A stretch of 64,000 nt of DNA from an uncultured Chloroflexia bacterium (GTDB lineage Bacteria; Chloroflexota; Limnocylindria; Limnocylindrales; CSP1-4): contig CAWCQK010000004.1 of assembly GCA_963797685.1 (NCBI GenBank), forward strand, positions 331,943-395,942, in the 5' to 3' direction. Position 1 is the stretch's first letter. Every line of letters begins with the position of its first letter. Positions 49,030 through 58,985 of this stretch are shown here, in pieces. A model generated the notes under the pieces. It had not been told where the DNA came from, ran no database searches, and worked only from the letters and a program-made list of their open reading frames with translations. A program made the position numbers and the translations under genes.

Positions 49030-50100
49030 ATGGCGCGTGCGATGTGGAAGGGGGCCATCCAGTTCGGGTTGGTCACCATCCCGGTCAAGCTCTATCTCGC
49101 GACCGAGTCCAAGGGCATCAGCTTCAACATGCTCCACAAGGCGGACCTGTCGCGCATCCAGATGAAGGTCTGGTGTCCGGTCGAGGACGAGCCGATCTCA
49201 CGCGGCGACACGGTCAAGGGCTACGAATACGCGCCGGGCGAATACGTGGTCATCACCGACGAAGACCTCGAGAACGTCCCGCTGAAGACCGTCCGCTCCA
49301 TCGAGATCGAGCAGTTCACCAAGGCCGAACGCGACGATGCGGCCGTCCGCTTCGTCAAGAGCGCCTACTACCTCGAGCCCGACAAGATCGGGCGCAAGGC
49401 GTTCAACCTGCTGAAGTCGGTGCTCGAGGAGGACGGGCTCACGGCCATCTGCAAGGTCGTGATCAAGGACCGCGAGGCGCTGGCCGCGCTCGATCCGCTC
49501 GGCGACACGATGCTCCTGACCACGCTCCATTGGCCGGACGAGATCCGCTCGACGTCCGAGCTCGAGCTCGGCGACGAGACCTACGAGTTCAAGCCGGCCG
49601 AGCTGGCGATGGCCAAGCAGCTGGTGTCCGCGATGACCGGGGAGTTCGACCCGGCGCAGTACAAGGACGAGTATCGCGAGGCGCTCGAGACCATCATCCA
49701 GGCCAAGGTGGAAGGCCGCGAGACGGTCGCGGTCGAGGCGCCCGAGGAGAGCGGCAAGCTGATCGACCTGATGGCTGCCCTCGAGGCATCGGTCAACGCG
49801 GCCAAGGCGGCCCGCGAGGCGAGTCCGTCGAAGCCGGTGTCGGTGTCGGAGGCGAAGGCCGCCAAGGCCGCGAACGCGCGCAGCGCCGGGACCGCGAAGG
49901 CCGCGGCCAAGGCAAAGGCCGAGACCGAGGACGAAGAAGCCGAGGAAGAGGCGCCGCGCCAAGCCGGCCCGGAAGCGCAAGACGGCCTGAGGCCCGGCGC
50001 CCGACGGCCAGGGCCGACAGTGGCCTCAGTACGGTCGCGCGGTCAGCACCCCGCCGTCGACGACCAGGTTCTGGCCGGTGATCCAGCGCGCGGCCGGTGA
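49030..50100 (+). CDS. ku: Ku protein (NHEJ DNA end-binding)
   Basis: MWKGAIQFGLVTIPVKLYLAT... is a classic bacterial Ku N-terminus. The assembled C-terminus runs 75 nt into the convergent SDR gene. An alternative +1 frame gives a basic tail ...RRAKPARKRKTA* ending at 49990. Confidence 0.9.
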   Translation: MARAMWKGAIQFGLVTIPVKLYLATESKGISFNMLHKADLSRIQMKVWCPVEDEPISRGDTVKGYEYAPGEYVVITDEDLENVPLKTVRSIEIEQFTKAERDDAAVRFVKSAYYLEPDKIGRKAFNLLKSVLEEDGLTAICKVVIKDREALAALDPLGDTMLLTTLHWPDEIRSTSELELGDETYEFKPAELAMAKQLVSAMTGEFDPAQYKDEYREALETIIQAKVEGRETVAVEAPEESGKLIDLMAALEASVNAAKAAREASPSKPVSVSEAKAAKAANARSAGTAKAAAKAKAETEDEEAEEEAPRQAGPEAQDGLRPGARRPGPTVASVRSRGQHPAVDDQVLAGDPARGR

Positions 50101-50817
50101 CGCGAGGAAGAGGCACGCGTCGGCGATGTCCTCGGGCTCGCCCAATCGACCGAGCGGGGCTTTGCCGAGCCAGCGCTCGACACCGTCCGGCCAGGCCTTC
50201 TCGATGCCCGCCTTGTGGATCAGTCCGGGCGAGACCGAATTGACCCGGATGCCTGATGGTCCGAGCTCCTGGGCGCACGAGCGGGTGAAGGCGAGGACCG
50301 CGGCCTTTGCGCTGTTGTAGTGGCTGTGGTCGCTGGCCGGGTTCGACGCTGAGATCGAGCCGATGTTGACGATCGCCCCGCCGCCGCGTCCGCTCATCAC
50401 CGCCGCCGCTGCCTGCGTGCACAGGAACGTCGACTCGATGTTGTCGCGGAACATCGCCTGCCATTCGACCAGGGAGATCTCGGCGAGCGGGTGGAGCGGG
50501 AAGTTCTGGCCGGCGTTGTTGATCAGGATATCGACCGGCCCGAGCCGGTCGTCGGCCTCGGCGAAGAAATGGGTGACGCCCGCTTCCGTATCGAGCTTGG
50601 CGCCGATCGCGACCGCTGTGCCCCCGGTGGCCTTGATCCTGGCGACCACGTGTCTTGCGGCCTGCCGGTCCCGGCGGTAGTGGACGACCACTCTCGCCCC
50701 GGCCGTCGCGAACCGCGCAGCGATCCCGGCCCCGATCCCCTGCGAGGCCCCGGTCACGATCGCAACGCGACCGGTTAGGTCCAGAAGATCCCGCACATGC
50801 GGAACGTTGGATGCCAT
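50026..50817 (-). CDS. SDR family oxidoreductase (FabG-like)
   Basis: TGASQGIGAGIA, NNAG and YNSAKAA motifs. The start is taken at MASNVPH (50817). Confidence 0.85.
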   Translation of the reverse strand: MASNVPHVRDLLDLTGRVAIVTGASQGIGAGIAARFATAGARVVVHYRRDRQAARHVVARIKATGGTAVAIGAKLDTEAGVTHFFAEADDRLGPVDILINNAGQNFPLHPLAEISLVEWQAMFRDNIESTFLCTQAAAAVMSGRGGGAIVNIGSISASNPASDHSHYNSAKAAVLAFTRSCAQELGPSGIRVNSVSPGLIHKAGIEKAWPDGVERWLGKAPLGRLGEPEDIADACLFLASPAARWITGQNLVVDGGVLTARPY

Positions 50818-50870
50818 GGCCTCGAAGTATGCGGGCCCGACGGCGCCGCGCATCGGGCACACTCACGCTG

Positions 50871-53619
50871 ATGCCGCTCGAGGAATACCGCCGCAAGCGC
50901 GACTTCGCCAAGACCCCGGAGCCGGCACCGGCCGTGGTGACGGGCTCGACCGGGCGTTTCGTGGTCCAGCGCCATCGGGCGACGCGCCTGCACTATGACT
51001 TCCGCCTCGAGATCGAGGGCGTGCTCGTCTCCTGGGCGGTCCCGAAGGGCCCGACCCTCGATTCCTCGATCCGCCGGATGGCCGTCCACGTCGAGGACCA
51101 CCCGATCGAGTACTTCGACTTCGAGGGCGTCATCCCGTCGAAGCAGTACGGCGCCGGCGACGTCATCGTCTGGGACTGGGGCACCTGGGTCCCCGAGGCG
51201 CCCACCCTCGACGCGCGCAAGGCCGTAGCGGATGGCGAGCTCAAGTTCGTGCTCGATGGCCAGAAGCTCAAGGGCCGCTTCACGATCGTCCGCACCAGCG
51301 GGCGCCGGCGCAAGGGCGACGACCCGTCGGCCCGCGCGTTCGAGGACGACCAGGGCGACCAGTGGCTGCTCATCCACAAGGCCGATGCGGCCGCGGTCAA
51401 GGGCTGGGACGCCGAGGATCACCCGCAGAGCGTCAAGACCGGCCGCACCAACGACGACGTCAAGGCCGACCGCGATGCGATCTGGAACGGCCAGGCACCA
51501 GCCGCGAAAGCCGAGATCGACCTGACCGGCGCCGTCGAGAGACCCATGCCCCAGAACGTCGACCCGATGCTCGCGACTCTCGCCTCGAAACCGTTCTCCG
51601 ACCCCGACTGGCTGTACGAGATCAAGTGGGACGGGTTTCGCGTCCAGGCCGTCGTCGAGAACGGCAAGGTCCGCACCTGGACTCGGAGCCTCAAGGACGC
51701 CGAGACCTACTTTCCGCACCTCCTCTCACCGCCGTCCTGGATCGACGCCCGGCAGGCCATCGTGGACGGCGAGGTCGTCGCCCTCGACGACGACGGCCGC
51801 CCCGACTTCTCGCTCCTCCAGACCAAGCTCGGCCAGGCCGGGCGTCGGCGGGCTGATGTACCAGCCGTTCGACCTGCTGTATCTCGACGGCCGCTCGCTG
51901 CTCGACGTCCCGCTCGAGGACCGCAAGCGCCTGCTGCGGAGCGTCATCCGCGACCATCCGCGGGTCCGCTACGCGTCGCACGTCGAGGGCGAGGGCCTCG
52001 CGTTCTTCGAGGCGGCCAAGGCCCGCGGTCTCGAGGGGATGGTCGCCAAGCTTCGACGCAGCCGCTACGAGCCCGGCCGACGCTCGAACGCCTGGCTCAA
52101 GTTCAAGATCCGGCCCGAGCAGGAGCTGGTGATCGGCGGCTGGACGCCGGGGGAAGGGAATGCCCGCGACCTCGGTGCGCTCGCGGTCGGCTACTACGAG
52201 GACGGCAAGCTGCGGTTCGCCGGCAAGGTCGGGGCGGGGTTCACGGGCGCCGGGCGCAAGGAGCTGCTCGACCGACTGTGGCCGCTGGTCCAGGACGACC
52301 CGCCGTTCGACCCGCCGCCACCGAAGGACTACAAGGGTCGCTGGGGCGGGGACCTCGGGTTCGTGACCTGGGTCCGGCCGGAGCTCGTGATGCGGGCCGA
52401 GCTGGGCGGCTGGACGCGCGACGGCGTCGTCCGCCAGGCCGCGTACAAGGGACTCGAGACGGACCGCGACCCGACGACCGTTCGGCGCGAGAGCGCGGTC
52501 GCCACGACCAGTGCGGTCCGTGCCGCCGAGGCTGCAACGCCCGCGACACCCGATCCGGCCGAAGATATCGGCATGCCAACGACGAAGTCGACCACGAAGA
52601 AGGCGACGAAGACCTCGAAGCCATCGACGGCGAAGGACGCCGCCCGCGCCAGCCGACGTCCCCGACGCCTGGCGCGTGACCGAAGCCGAGCTGGAGGCGC
52701 TCGACGCGCTCGGCAAGGAGGGCAACTGGCGGGTCGGTGGCGACGAGCTCAAGCTGACCAACCTCGACAAGCCGCTGTTCGACGCCGAGCCGCCGGTGAC
52801 CAAGCGCGAGCTGATCGCGCTACTTCGCGCGGATCGCGCCGACCATGCTGCGGCACCTCGCCGACCGGCCGCTGAACCTCCAGCGCTTCCCGAACGGGGC
52901 CGGAGCGCCCGGGTTCTGGCAGAAGGACATCCCCGCGACCGCCCCGACCTGGCTGACCCGCTGGCACGAGACGGGCGTCGAGGGGCGCCCGGACCGCGAC
53001 GCCAACGACCACCTCATCGCCGACCGCGCGGCGACCCTGTGCTGGCTCGGCAACCAGGCCAGCTTCGAGATCCACGCCTGGACCGGCCGGCTGCCCGAGC
53101 CGTGGCGCCCGACCTTCGCCTACATCGACATCGACCCCGGCGAGAAGACGACCCTGGAGGAGACGCTCGTCCTGGCCCGGCTCTACCGGACGGCGCTCGG
53201 CCACCTCGGCGTTCGCGGCTACCCGAAGACGACGGGCAAGCGCGGCATCCAGGTCTGGATCCCGATCGAGCCGCGCTACACGTTCGAGGACACCAGCGGC
53301 TGGGTCGAGCGGGTCAGCCGCGCCGTCGGCTCGACCGTGCCCGAGCTCGTCTCGTGGGAATGGGCGAAGGGCGCGCGCAAGGGCAAGGCCCGGCTCGACT
53401 ACACCCAGAACGCGAGCATCAAGACGCTCGTGGCGCCGTACGCGGTCACGGCCCGCGCCGGGAGCGCCCGTCTCCGCGCCGATCGCCTGGGACGAGCTGG
53501 ACGACCCGGACCTCCGCCCCGACCGCTGGTCGATCCGGACCATCGTCGAGCGCGTCGCGGAGAGGGGCGACCTGTTCGCCGATGCCCAGACCGACCTCCA
53601 GGTGCTGCCGCCGGTCTGA
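50871..53619 (+). pseudogene. ligD: multidomain ATP-dependent DNA ligase LigD (phosphoesterase-ligase-polymerase), four frameshifts as assembled
   Basis: The PE domain (FVVQRHRATRLHYDFRLE...) and the first part of the ligase domain (YEIKWDGFR) are in frame 0. The ligase continues in frame 1 (FDLLYLDGRSL...MVAKLRRSRYEPGRRSNAWLKFK). The polymerase N-terminus is in frame 2 (WRVGGDELKLTNLDKPLF...TKRELI). The polymerase core is in frame 0 (YFARIAPTMLRHLADRPLNLQRFPNG...KRGIQVWIP). The end is in frame 1 (APVSAPIAWDELDD...VLPPV*). Confidence 0.85.
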
Positions 53620-53651
53620 CCGTCGCTCGCCGCGCGTGGCAGGATGCCGCC

Positions 53652-54904
53652 ATGCACGACGACACCATCGAGATCCGGCAGCCGAGCGCCGATCCCGAGA
53701 CCCTCCGGGCCTTCCTCCAGCCCGTCGCGATCGCGTTCGGCGACGACTACACCGACGAGATGTTCGAGCTCGACCGGCAGCTCTTCGAGATGGATCGGCT
53801 GATCGGTGCGGTCGACGGCGGCACCTGGGTCGGCGGCGCGAGCGGCGAGTCGAGGCGGTTGACCGTTCCGGGCGGCGCCGAGGTCCGGGCCGCTGCCGTC
53901 AGCGGCGTCGGTGTGCTGCCCACCCATCGACGGCGAGGGATCCTGACCGCGCTGATGCGCTGGATCCTCGACCAGGCCGCGGAGCGCGGCGAGCCGGTGT
54001 CGGTGCTCCACGCATCCGAGGGCGCGATCTACCCGCATTTCGGGTACGGGATGGGGACGCTCCAGGGGTCGATCGACGCCGATCGGTCGGCATTCCGCTT
54101 CAGCCGGCCGGCCGAGCCGCTCGGGCGCGTGCGACTGGTCGACGTCGACGAGGGGATGCGAACGATCCCCGCCATCTACGATCAGGTTCGGGCCGGCCGA
54201 CCCGGCGAGGTTCGCGCTCACCGAACGTCTGGCGGCTGCAGCTCCTGTCCGACAACAGCTGGCGCCGGGCCGCGATGGGTCCCAAGTCGAACGCGGTGCT
54301 GACCGTCGGCGGTGAGCCGCGCGGGTACGCCTTGTACAGGGTCAAGGCCGAATGGGGCGACCGTGGCCCGAAGAACACGCTGAACGTTCTCGAGGTGACC
54401 GCCCTCGATCCCGCCGCCGAACGCGCGCTCTGGGAGTGGCTGGTCGGCATCGACCTCGTCGGCCAGGTCAAGGCGTGGCGGGTGCCGCCCGTCCACAACC
54501 CGCTGCTGCTCCAGGTCGCCGAGCCCCAGCGGCTCGGACTGACGATCCGCGACGGCATCTGGCTCCGGCTGGTCGACCTCCGGGCCGCGCTCGAGGCGCG
54601 GACCTATGCCGGGCCGGGTCGTCTGACCCTTGACGTCACCGACGCGTTCGTGCCGTCGAACGCGGGCCGGTGGACGGTGGACGTGCCGGACGACCGGGGA
54701 GCGGCGTCCGCGACGCCCGCGGAGGGGGTCGTGCCCGACGTCGCGCTGGACATCGCCGACCTCGCCACCGTCTACCTCGGCGCCTTCACCTTCGCCGATC
54801 TCGTCCGCGCCGGTAGAGCCCGCGAGTGCCGCGACGGCGCGGCCGTGGTGGCCGACACCTTGTTCGCCGCCGCCGCCGCGCCGTGGTGCTCGACGATGTT
54901 CTGA
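53652..54904 (+). pseudogene. Eis-like GNAT acetyltransferase with C-terminal SCP2-like domain, frameshifted as assembled
   Basis: The GNAT part (VLPTHRRRGILTALMRWILD) is in frame 0. The remainder (WRLQLLSDNSW...GYALYRVKAEWG...LWLRLVDLRAALEARTY...) is in frame 2. A short FALTER piece in frame 1 between them implies two +1 steps near 54208 and 54228. Confidence 0.75.
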
Positions 54905-54976
54905 GGTCGCGGCTTCCGCGAAATTCGCAGCTATTCGTCGATCGACGATCAGGATCGATCCTGCTAGCGTCGCGAC

Positions 54977-55275
54977 ATGGGATCGGCCAGTCGGCGCTGG
55001 GCTCTCAACATCGTCATCCACGCATACGGCGACGAACTGCGTGACGAGGTCGCCCACGGGCTCCCGACCATCGTGAAACTCGTCCTCGAGGGCATCGAAC
55101 TCCGGCCCGGCGACGCCGAACTCCTCGCCGATGCCGTCATCACCGACCTCGACGGTACAGAGGCCCGCCTCGGCGTCGCCACCTTCACCCTCGACGAGCT
55201 CGCCGAGCGCTACCCGAACCTGGTCTCGCGTGGTAGAGCCTGGATCGTCAACCGTGACGCGCCTATCCTGGGTCG
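54977..55275 (+). CDS. hypothetical small protein (3' end undefined)
   Basis: The first ~95 codons have genome-typical GC3 usage. The frame then stays open across the start of the next gene, so the natural stop is unclear. Confidence 0.3.
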
Positions 55276-57439
55276 ATGGGCGAAATCGAATACCCAGAGG
55301 CTGGGTCGGGCTGGAGTTCGACCTTTCCGACTTTCCGCGAGACGCCGGCTCCGTACATTCGCGACTCCCTCGCGCGATTCCTGTCGGACGTCTCCTTCCA
55401 GCAGCTCGCCGCCTGGGACGACTCGATCGCGCCATTGCAAGCGGAGGTCGGCGAGGTTCTCAGCCGCGATCCCGCGGCGAGTGAATACTCGGCCATTCTC
55501 GAATATCAGTTACCCCTGGAGCACCGTCGTCCGGACGCCATCCTGCTGATCGGCGGCGCCGTCCTGGTTCTGGAGTTCAAGAGCAAGAGTCGCGCCGATC
55601 TTGCCGATCTTGACCAAGCGTCCGCGTATGCGCGGGACCTCAGGGCCTACCACCGAGAATGCGCCGAGCGCCCAGTGAGTGCTGCGCTCGTCCTGACCCG
55701 CGCCCACGGCCGAGTTGGCGCGACAGGCGGCGTCTCGATCCTTGGGATCGATGCGATTGACGATCTTGCCGAGGAGGTCCTTCCCAATCCACCCCTACCG
55801 CCACTGACACGCGCGAAGTTCCTCGATGCCGCGGCCTATCGGCCACTGCCTTCACTGGTTGAGGCGGCTCGAGAACTGATGGAGAGCGGCACCTTGCGCC
55901 GCATCAATCGAGCATATGCCGAGACTCAGCCAACTCTCGACTACCTAACTGAGGTCGCCCGAGAAGCCGCTAGGACTCATACGCGACACCTCGTCCTGCT
56001 AAGCGGGCTGCCGGGCACCGGCAAGACGCTCGTCGGCCTGCAGTTAGCACACGCTCGATTCCTCGACGACTTGGCCGTGATGCGCCCAGGCGGAAAACCG
56101 ACCGCTCCAGCGGTCTACCTATCGGGAAACGGACCGCTCGTCGAAGTACTCCAGTACGAGCTCCGTCCAGCAGGTGGTGGAGGGCGGGCATTCGTCCGTG
56201 GCGTTAAAGCCTACGTTGAGACCTACTCGCGACGACCCGATGCCGTTCCGCCCGAGCACGTCCTGATATTCGATGAAGCGCAGCGAGCCTTCGATGCGGA
56301 GCAGGTCCGCGCCGTCCAAAAGGCTGGGCCGCTCAACAACAAGTCCGAGCCAGATCACTTCATCGAATTTGCCGAACGTATCCCGGAGTGGTGCGTCGTT
56401 GTCGGGCTTGTGGGATCGGGCCAAGAGATCCACGTTGGCGAAGAGGCTGGCATTGGTCAGTGGCGTACCGCTGTCGAGCGGGCCAGCGAATCCGAACAAC
56501 TGGACCATTCATTGTCCGTCGCCGCTTGCTGGTGACTTCGCATCATTCGTCCAACTACGCGTTGATGACCGCCTTTTCCTAACCGCAGAGCTCCGGTATC
56601 ACGTCGCAACCGAAGTTCATCACTACGTCGCGGTACTTACTCGAGCGACCGGTCGATCCTTCGCTTCCCGGGATCGCTGAACGCCTTGAATTCGACGGCT
56701 ATCACCTCCGAATTACCCGCGATTTGGCACGGCAAAGGCATACCTCAGACAGCGATATGACGATGCGCCCGATGCCCGGTTCGGGATCCTGGCGTCATCG
56801 CGGGACAGGAGCGCTCGCATCGTTTGGCATTCCGAATGACTGGAACGCGACAAGGCTCGTCCGTCCTCGACCCTGGTTCGGCGCAGACGACGACGACGAA
56901 CTGGGGGGATCGTGTCGGCACTACGGACGTGCGTCACCGAGTTCGGTTGTCAGGGGCTTGAGTTGGATGCCGTACTCCTTGGGTGGGGCACTGACCTCAT
57001 CGTCGAACATGGTGGTTGGTCCAACAGACTTGCCAAAAGCTATCAACACCCCGCCCAGATCAAGGACGCCCATCAGCTCCGATTAAATGCGTACAGGGTT
57101 CTGATGACTCGGGCTAGGGACGCAACGGTCGTTTTCGTTCCGCCGATTCCGGTGCTCGATGCGACCTACCGAGCCCTGCGCGGCAGCGGATTTAGAGTCT
57201 CGACGAGGATCCGACCTTTGAGCGATCTACCAGCTGTCGCTAGAGCAGGCAGTCATCGGGGCGGCAGAGGCTCCGCCGTCACGACGCATCGAGTCCGTGA
57301 TCCCATCGCGCGCCATGGCTCGGCCGGGATCGAGGCCGCAAAGCAATGGCTCACAGATCCGAAGATGGCTGCATTTGCAGTCAGAGTGATCGCTCGCGCG
57401 GTGACTTCGGGGCAGAAGACGAGTCGCGTCGGGTCTTGA
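55276..57439 (+). pseudogene. DUF2075 (Schlafen-like ATPase/helicase with N-terminal PD-(D/E)xK-like module), multiply disrupted
   Basis: RPDAILLIGGAVLVLEFKS, P-loop GLPGTGKT and IFDEAQR are in frame 1. Later pieces fall in other frames: WTIHCPSPL..., LLERPVDPS...YHLRITRDLA, AKAYLRQRYDDAPDARFGILASS, FGIPNDWNATRL and CVTEFGCQGLELDAVLLGWGTDL...NAYRVLMTRARD. There is also an in-frame TGA at 56837. Confidence 0.75.
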
Positions 57440-57561
57440 GCGGCGCTTTGAGCGTGCTTGTCGAACCCGTAGAGCCGATGCGGCCTCGCCTTGAGCGCGC
57501 TCGGCGTCTCCTAGACCTCGACCTGCGAAATCGCGATCGCGGCCAGAGACAGACGCAACCG

Positions 57562-57990
57562 ATGTCTGCTAACCTCGCTCGAAGACTTCATAGTCGGCAA
57601 CGTGTACCGGCGAAAGGGGATCCACGATGGCGGACTCGGTGGCAACCGCCAGAAAGGCATCAGCTATCCGGCGAACGGAACGTACGTCCTGTTGTTCTCG
57701 GATCCCGATTCAAAGCGTGACTGGGGATACAACGACAGCTGGCTCGGCGACGATCGATACCGGTACTACGGGGAATGGAATGGCAGCGGTGACATGTTGG
57801 CGATCGGCGGGAACCTGGCGCTTGTCGAGAGAAGTCCCGAGATCTACCTCTTTGTGAAAGTCTCAGGCGGCCACCGTTTCGCGGGCGGTTTGCCTGCGTC
57901 AGCGAGTCCGCGGACTCCGGCGACGCGAGATGGAAAGGAGTACTCCGCGCTCGTATTCACGCTCGAACGCCGACCGTCAGGACAGGTCCA
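57562..57990 (+). pseudogene. SRA/YDG-like domain protein (putative modified-cytosine reader), 5' frameshift and undefined 3' end
   Basis: ATG 57562 (MSANLA) is one base out of frame with EDFIVGNVYRRKGIHDGG...GISYPANGTYVLLFSDP...GYNDSWLGDDRYRYYGEWNGSGDML..GGNLAL. That peptide parallels the SRA motifs GYxDD...YxGxGG...N.AL. The assembled frame has no stop until 58366, deep inside the convergent gene. Confidence 0.55.
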
Positions 57991-58603
57991 GGAGGCCGGC
58001 AAGACCTTCGCCCGTCGACTGAGCGATCGCCGTCGGTCCGACCGTGATCGTCACGTCGTCCCGGTCGGGCCAGTTCGGGTCGCAGATGCGGAGGGTCGTC
58101 GTGTCGCCGTCGGCCTCGTAGGCATAGGCGAGGACCTGGTGGTTGCCCGTCAGGTTGAAGGGGTTCCAGCCCGTCTGGCGGACGAGGCCGAGCATCGCGA
58201 GGTCGCCCTTGTCGATGTCGGTGCGGATGTTGGGGACCTCGACGGATCGCGTGCGCTGCAGGGCGCTCGCGGCACCGACGGCGCCCATCCACCAGATGGC
58301 GGCCGGCGTCCGCAGCCAGTCGAGCGACATGACCTGGCGCCGCACCAGGGCCTGGAACAGGGGTGAGCCGTTGGCCGGTGGCTGGGTGTCGGGCGGGATG
58401 GGGAGCTTGGCCGCGAACCGTTCGCGCACGTACCAGCTCATCCCGCCGCACAGGCCCGCCGATGCGTCCCCGATGCCGATCGCCCGAAGGTCGAATGGGC
58501 CGAAGGTCACCGTCGGACCGGGCGGGAAGCTGTTGGCGAAATGCAGCCCGTTGGTGCTGGGCAGGAAGCCCGGGACGGCGTTGGACTCGACCATGACTCC
58601 CAC
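57977..58603 (-). CDS. hypothetical protein with papain-like Cys-His-Asp arrangement
   Basis: 208-aa intact ORF with GLCGGMSW (Cys), GNHQVLAYAYE (His) and RICDPNWP (Asp) in the order typical of papain-fold peptidases/amidases. No signal peptide is evident. Confidence 0.5.
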   Translation of the reverse strand: MGVMVESNAVPGFLPSTNGLHFANSFPPGPTVTFGPFDLRAIGIGDASAGLCGGMSWYVRERFAAKLPIPPDTQPPANGSPLFQALVRRQVMSLDWLRTPAAIWWMGAVGAASALQRTRSVEVPNIRTDIDKGDLAMLGLVRQTGWNPFNLTGNHQVLAYAYEADGDTTTLRICDPNWPDRDDVTITVGPTAIAQSTGEGLAGLLDLS

Positions 58604-58613
58604 ACGATACGCC

Positions 58614-58649
58614 TTGACCGGTCATGATGGTCGACTATCATAGTCAGCC
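58614..58649 (+). promoter_or_regulatory. sigma-70-like promoter (TTGACC-N16-TATCAT) overlapped by an 18-bp near-palindrome, 8 nt before the antitoxin ATG
   Basis: TTGACC at 58614-58619 and TATCAT at 58636-58641. ATGATGGTCGACTATCAT at 58624-58641 is palindromic at 16 of 18 positions around GTCGAC. Confidence 0.55.
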
Positions 58650-58985
58650 ATGAGAACCGTTTCGGCGATGGACGTGCGCAAGCGTCTTGGGGAGATCCTG
58701 GACGCCGCATCGGCGGGCGAGCAAATCCTGATCGAGCGCGACCATCGACCGCTGGCATACCTGATCTCGGTCGAAGAGGCGCAGCGGCTCGACCCGGACC
58801 GGGAGGAGTTGTTGGCGCGGCAGACCGCGGCGTTCGAGCGGCTCCGCGTCCACGCTGACGAGATGCGGGAGAAATACCCGGATCCCGATGATGGGCTGAC
58901 GACGGCCGAGTGGCTCCATGAGCAGCGGCTGCTTCGAGCCGATCAGATCGCCCGAGCAGCAGGTTCCCGGTGGGAGGAAGAATGA
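58650..58985 (+). CDS. type II antitoxin, Phd/YefM family
   Basis: MRTVSAMDVRKRLGEILDAASAGEQILIERDHRPLAYLISVEE is a typical Phd/YefM N-terminus. The stop overlaps the toxin ATG (ATGA). Confidence 0.85.
   Translation: MRTVSAMDVRKRLGEILDAASAGEQILIERDHRPLAYLISVEEAQRLDPDREELLARQTAAFERLRVHADEMREKYPDPDDGLTTAEWLHEQRLLRADQIARAAGSRWEEE

Noticed and set aside
50871-53619. Programmed ribosomal frameshifting to explain the serial +1 frame changes (ligD, aceB and others)
   Set aside because: The junctions share no slippery heptamer or stimulatory structure. They occur in unrelated housekeeping families that are single-frame elsewhere, and they number up to 4-5 per gene.
56837-56839. In-frame TGA in the DUF2075 gene as possible selenocysteine or recoding
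   Set aside because: The gene is broken by several frame changes around it. The conserved sequence continues in another frame (FGIPNDWNATRL), and no SECIS-like context is expected in this family.
57190-57561. Possible extra gene between the DUF2075 remnant and the SRA-like gene (a minus-strand peptide RLYGFDKHAQSAAQDPTRLVFCPEV... looks protein-like)
   Set aside because: It has no start codon after the upstream stop at 57511-57513 and is below 60 aa unless further frameshifts are invoked. I could not assign any motif.
58020-58366. 3' two-thirds of plus-strand ORF 57602..58366
   Set aside because: It is antisense to the intact papain-fold gene and has Arg/Asp/Gly-rich composition. Only the first ~130 codons carry the SRA-like motifs.
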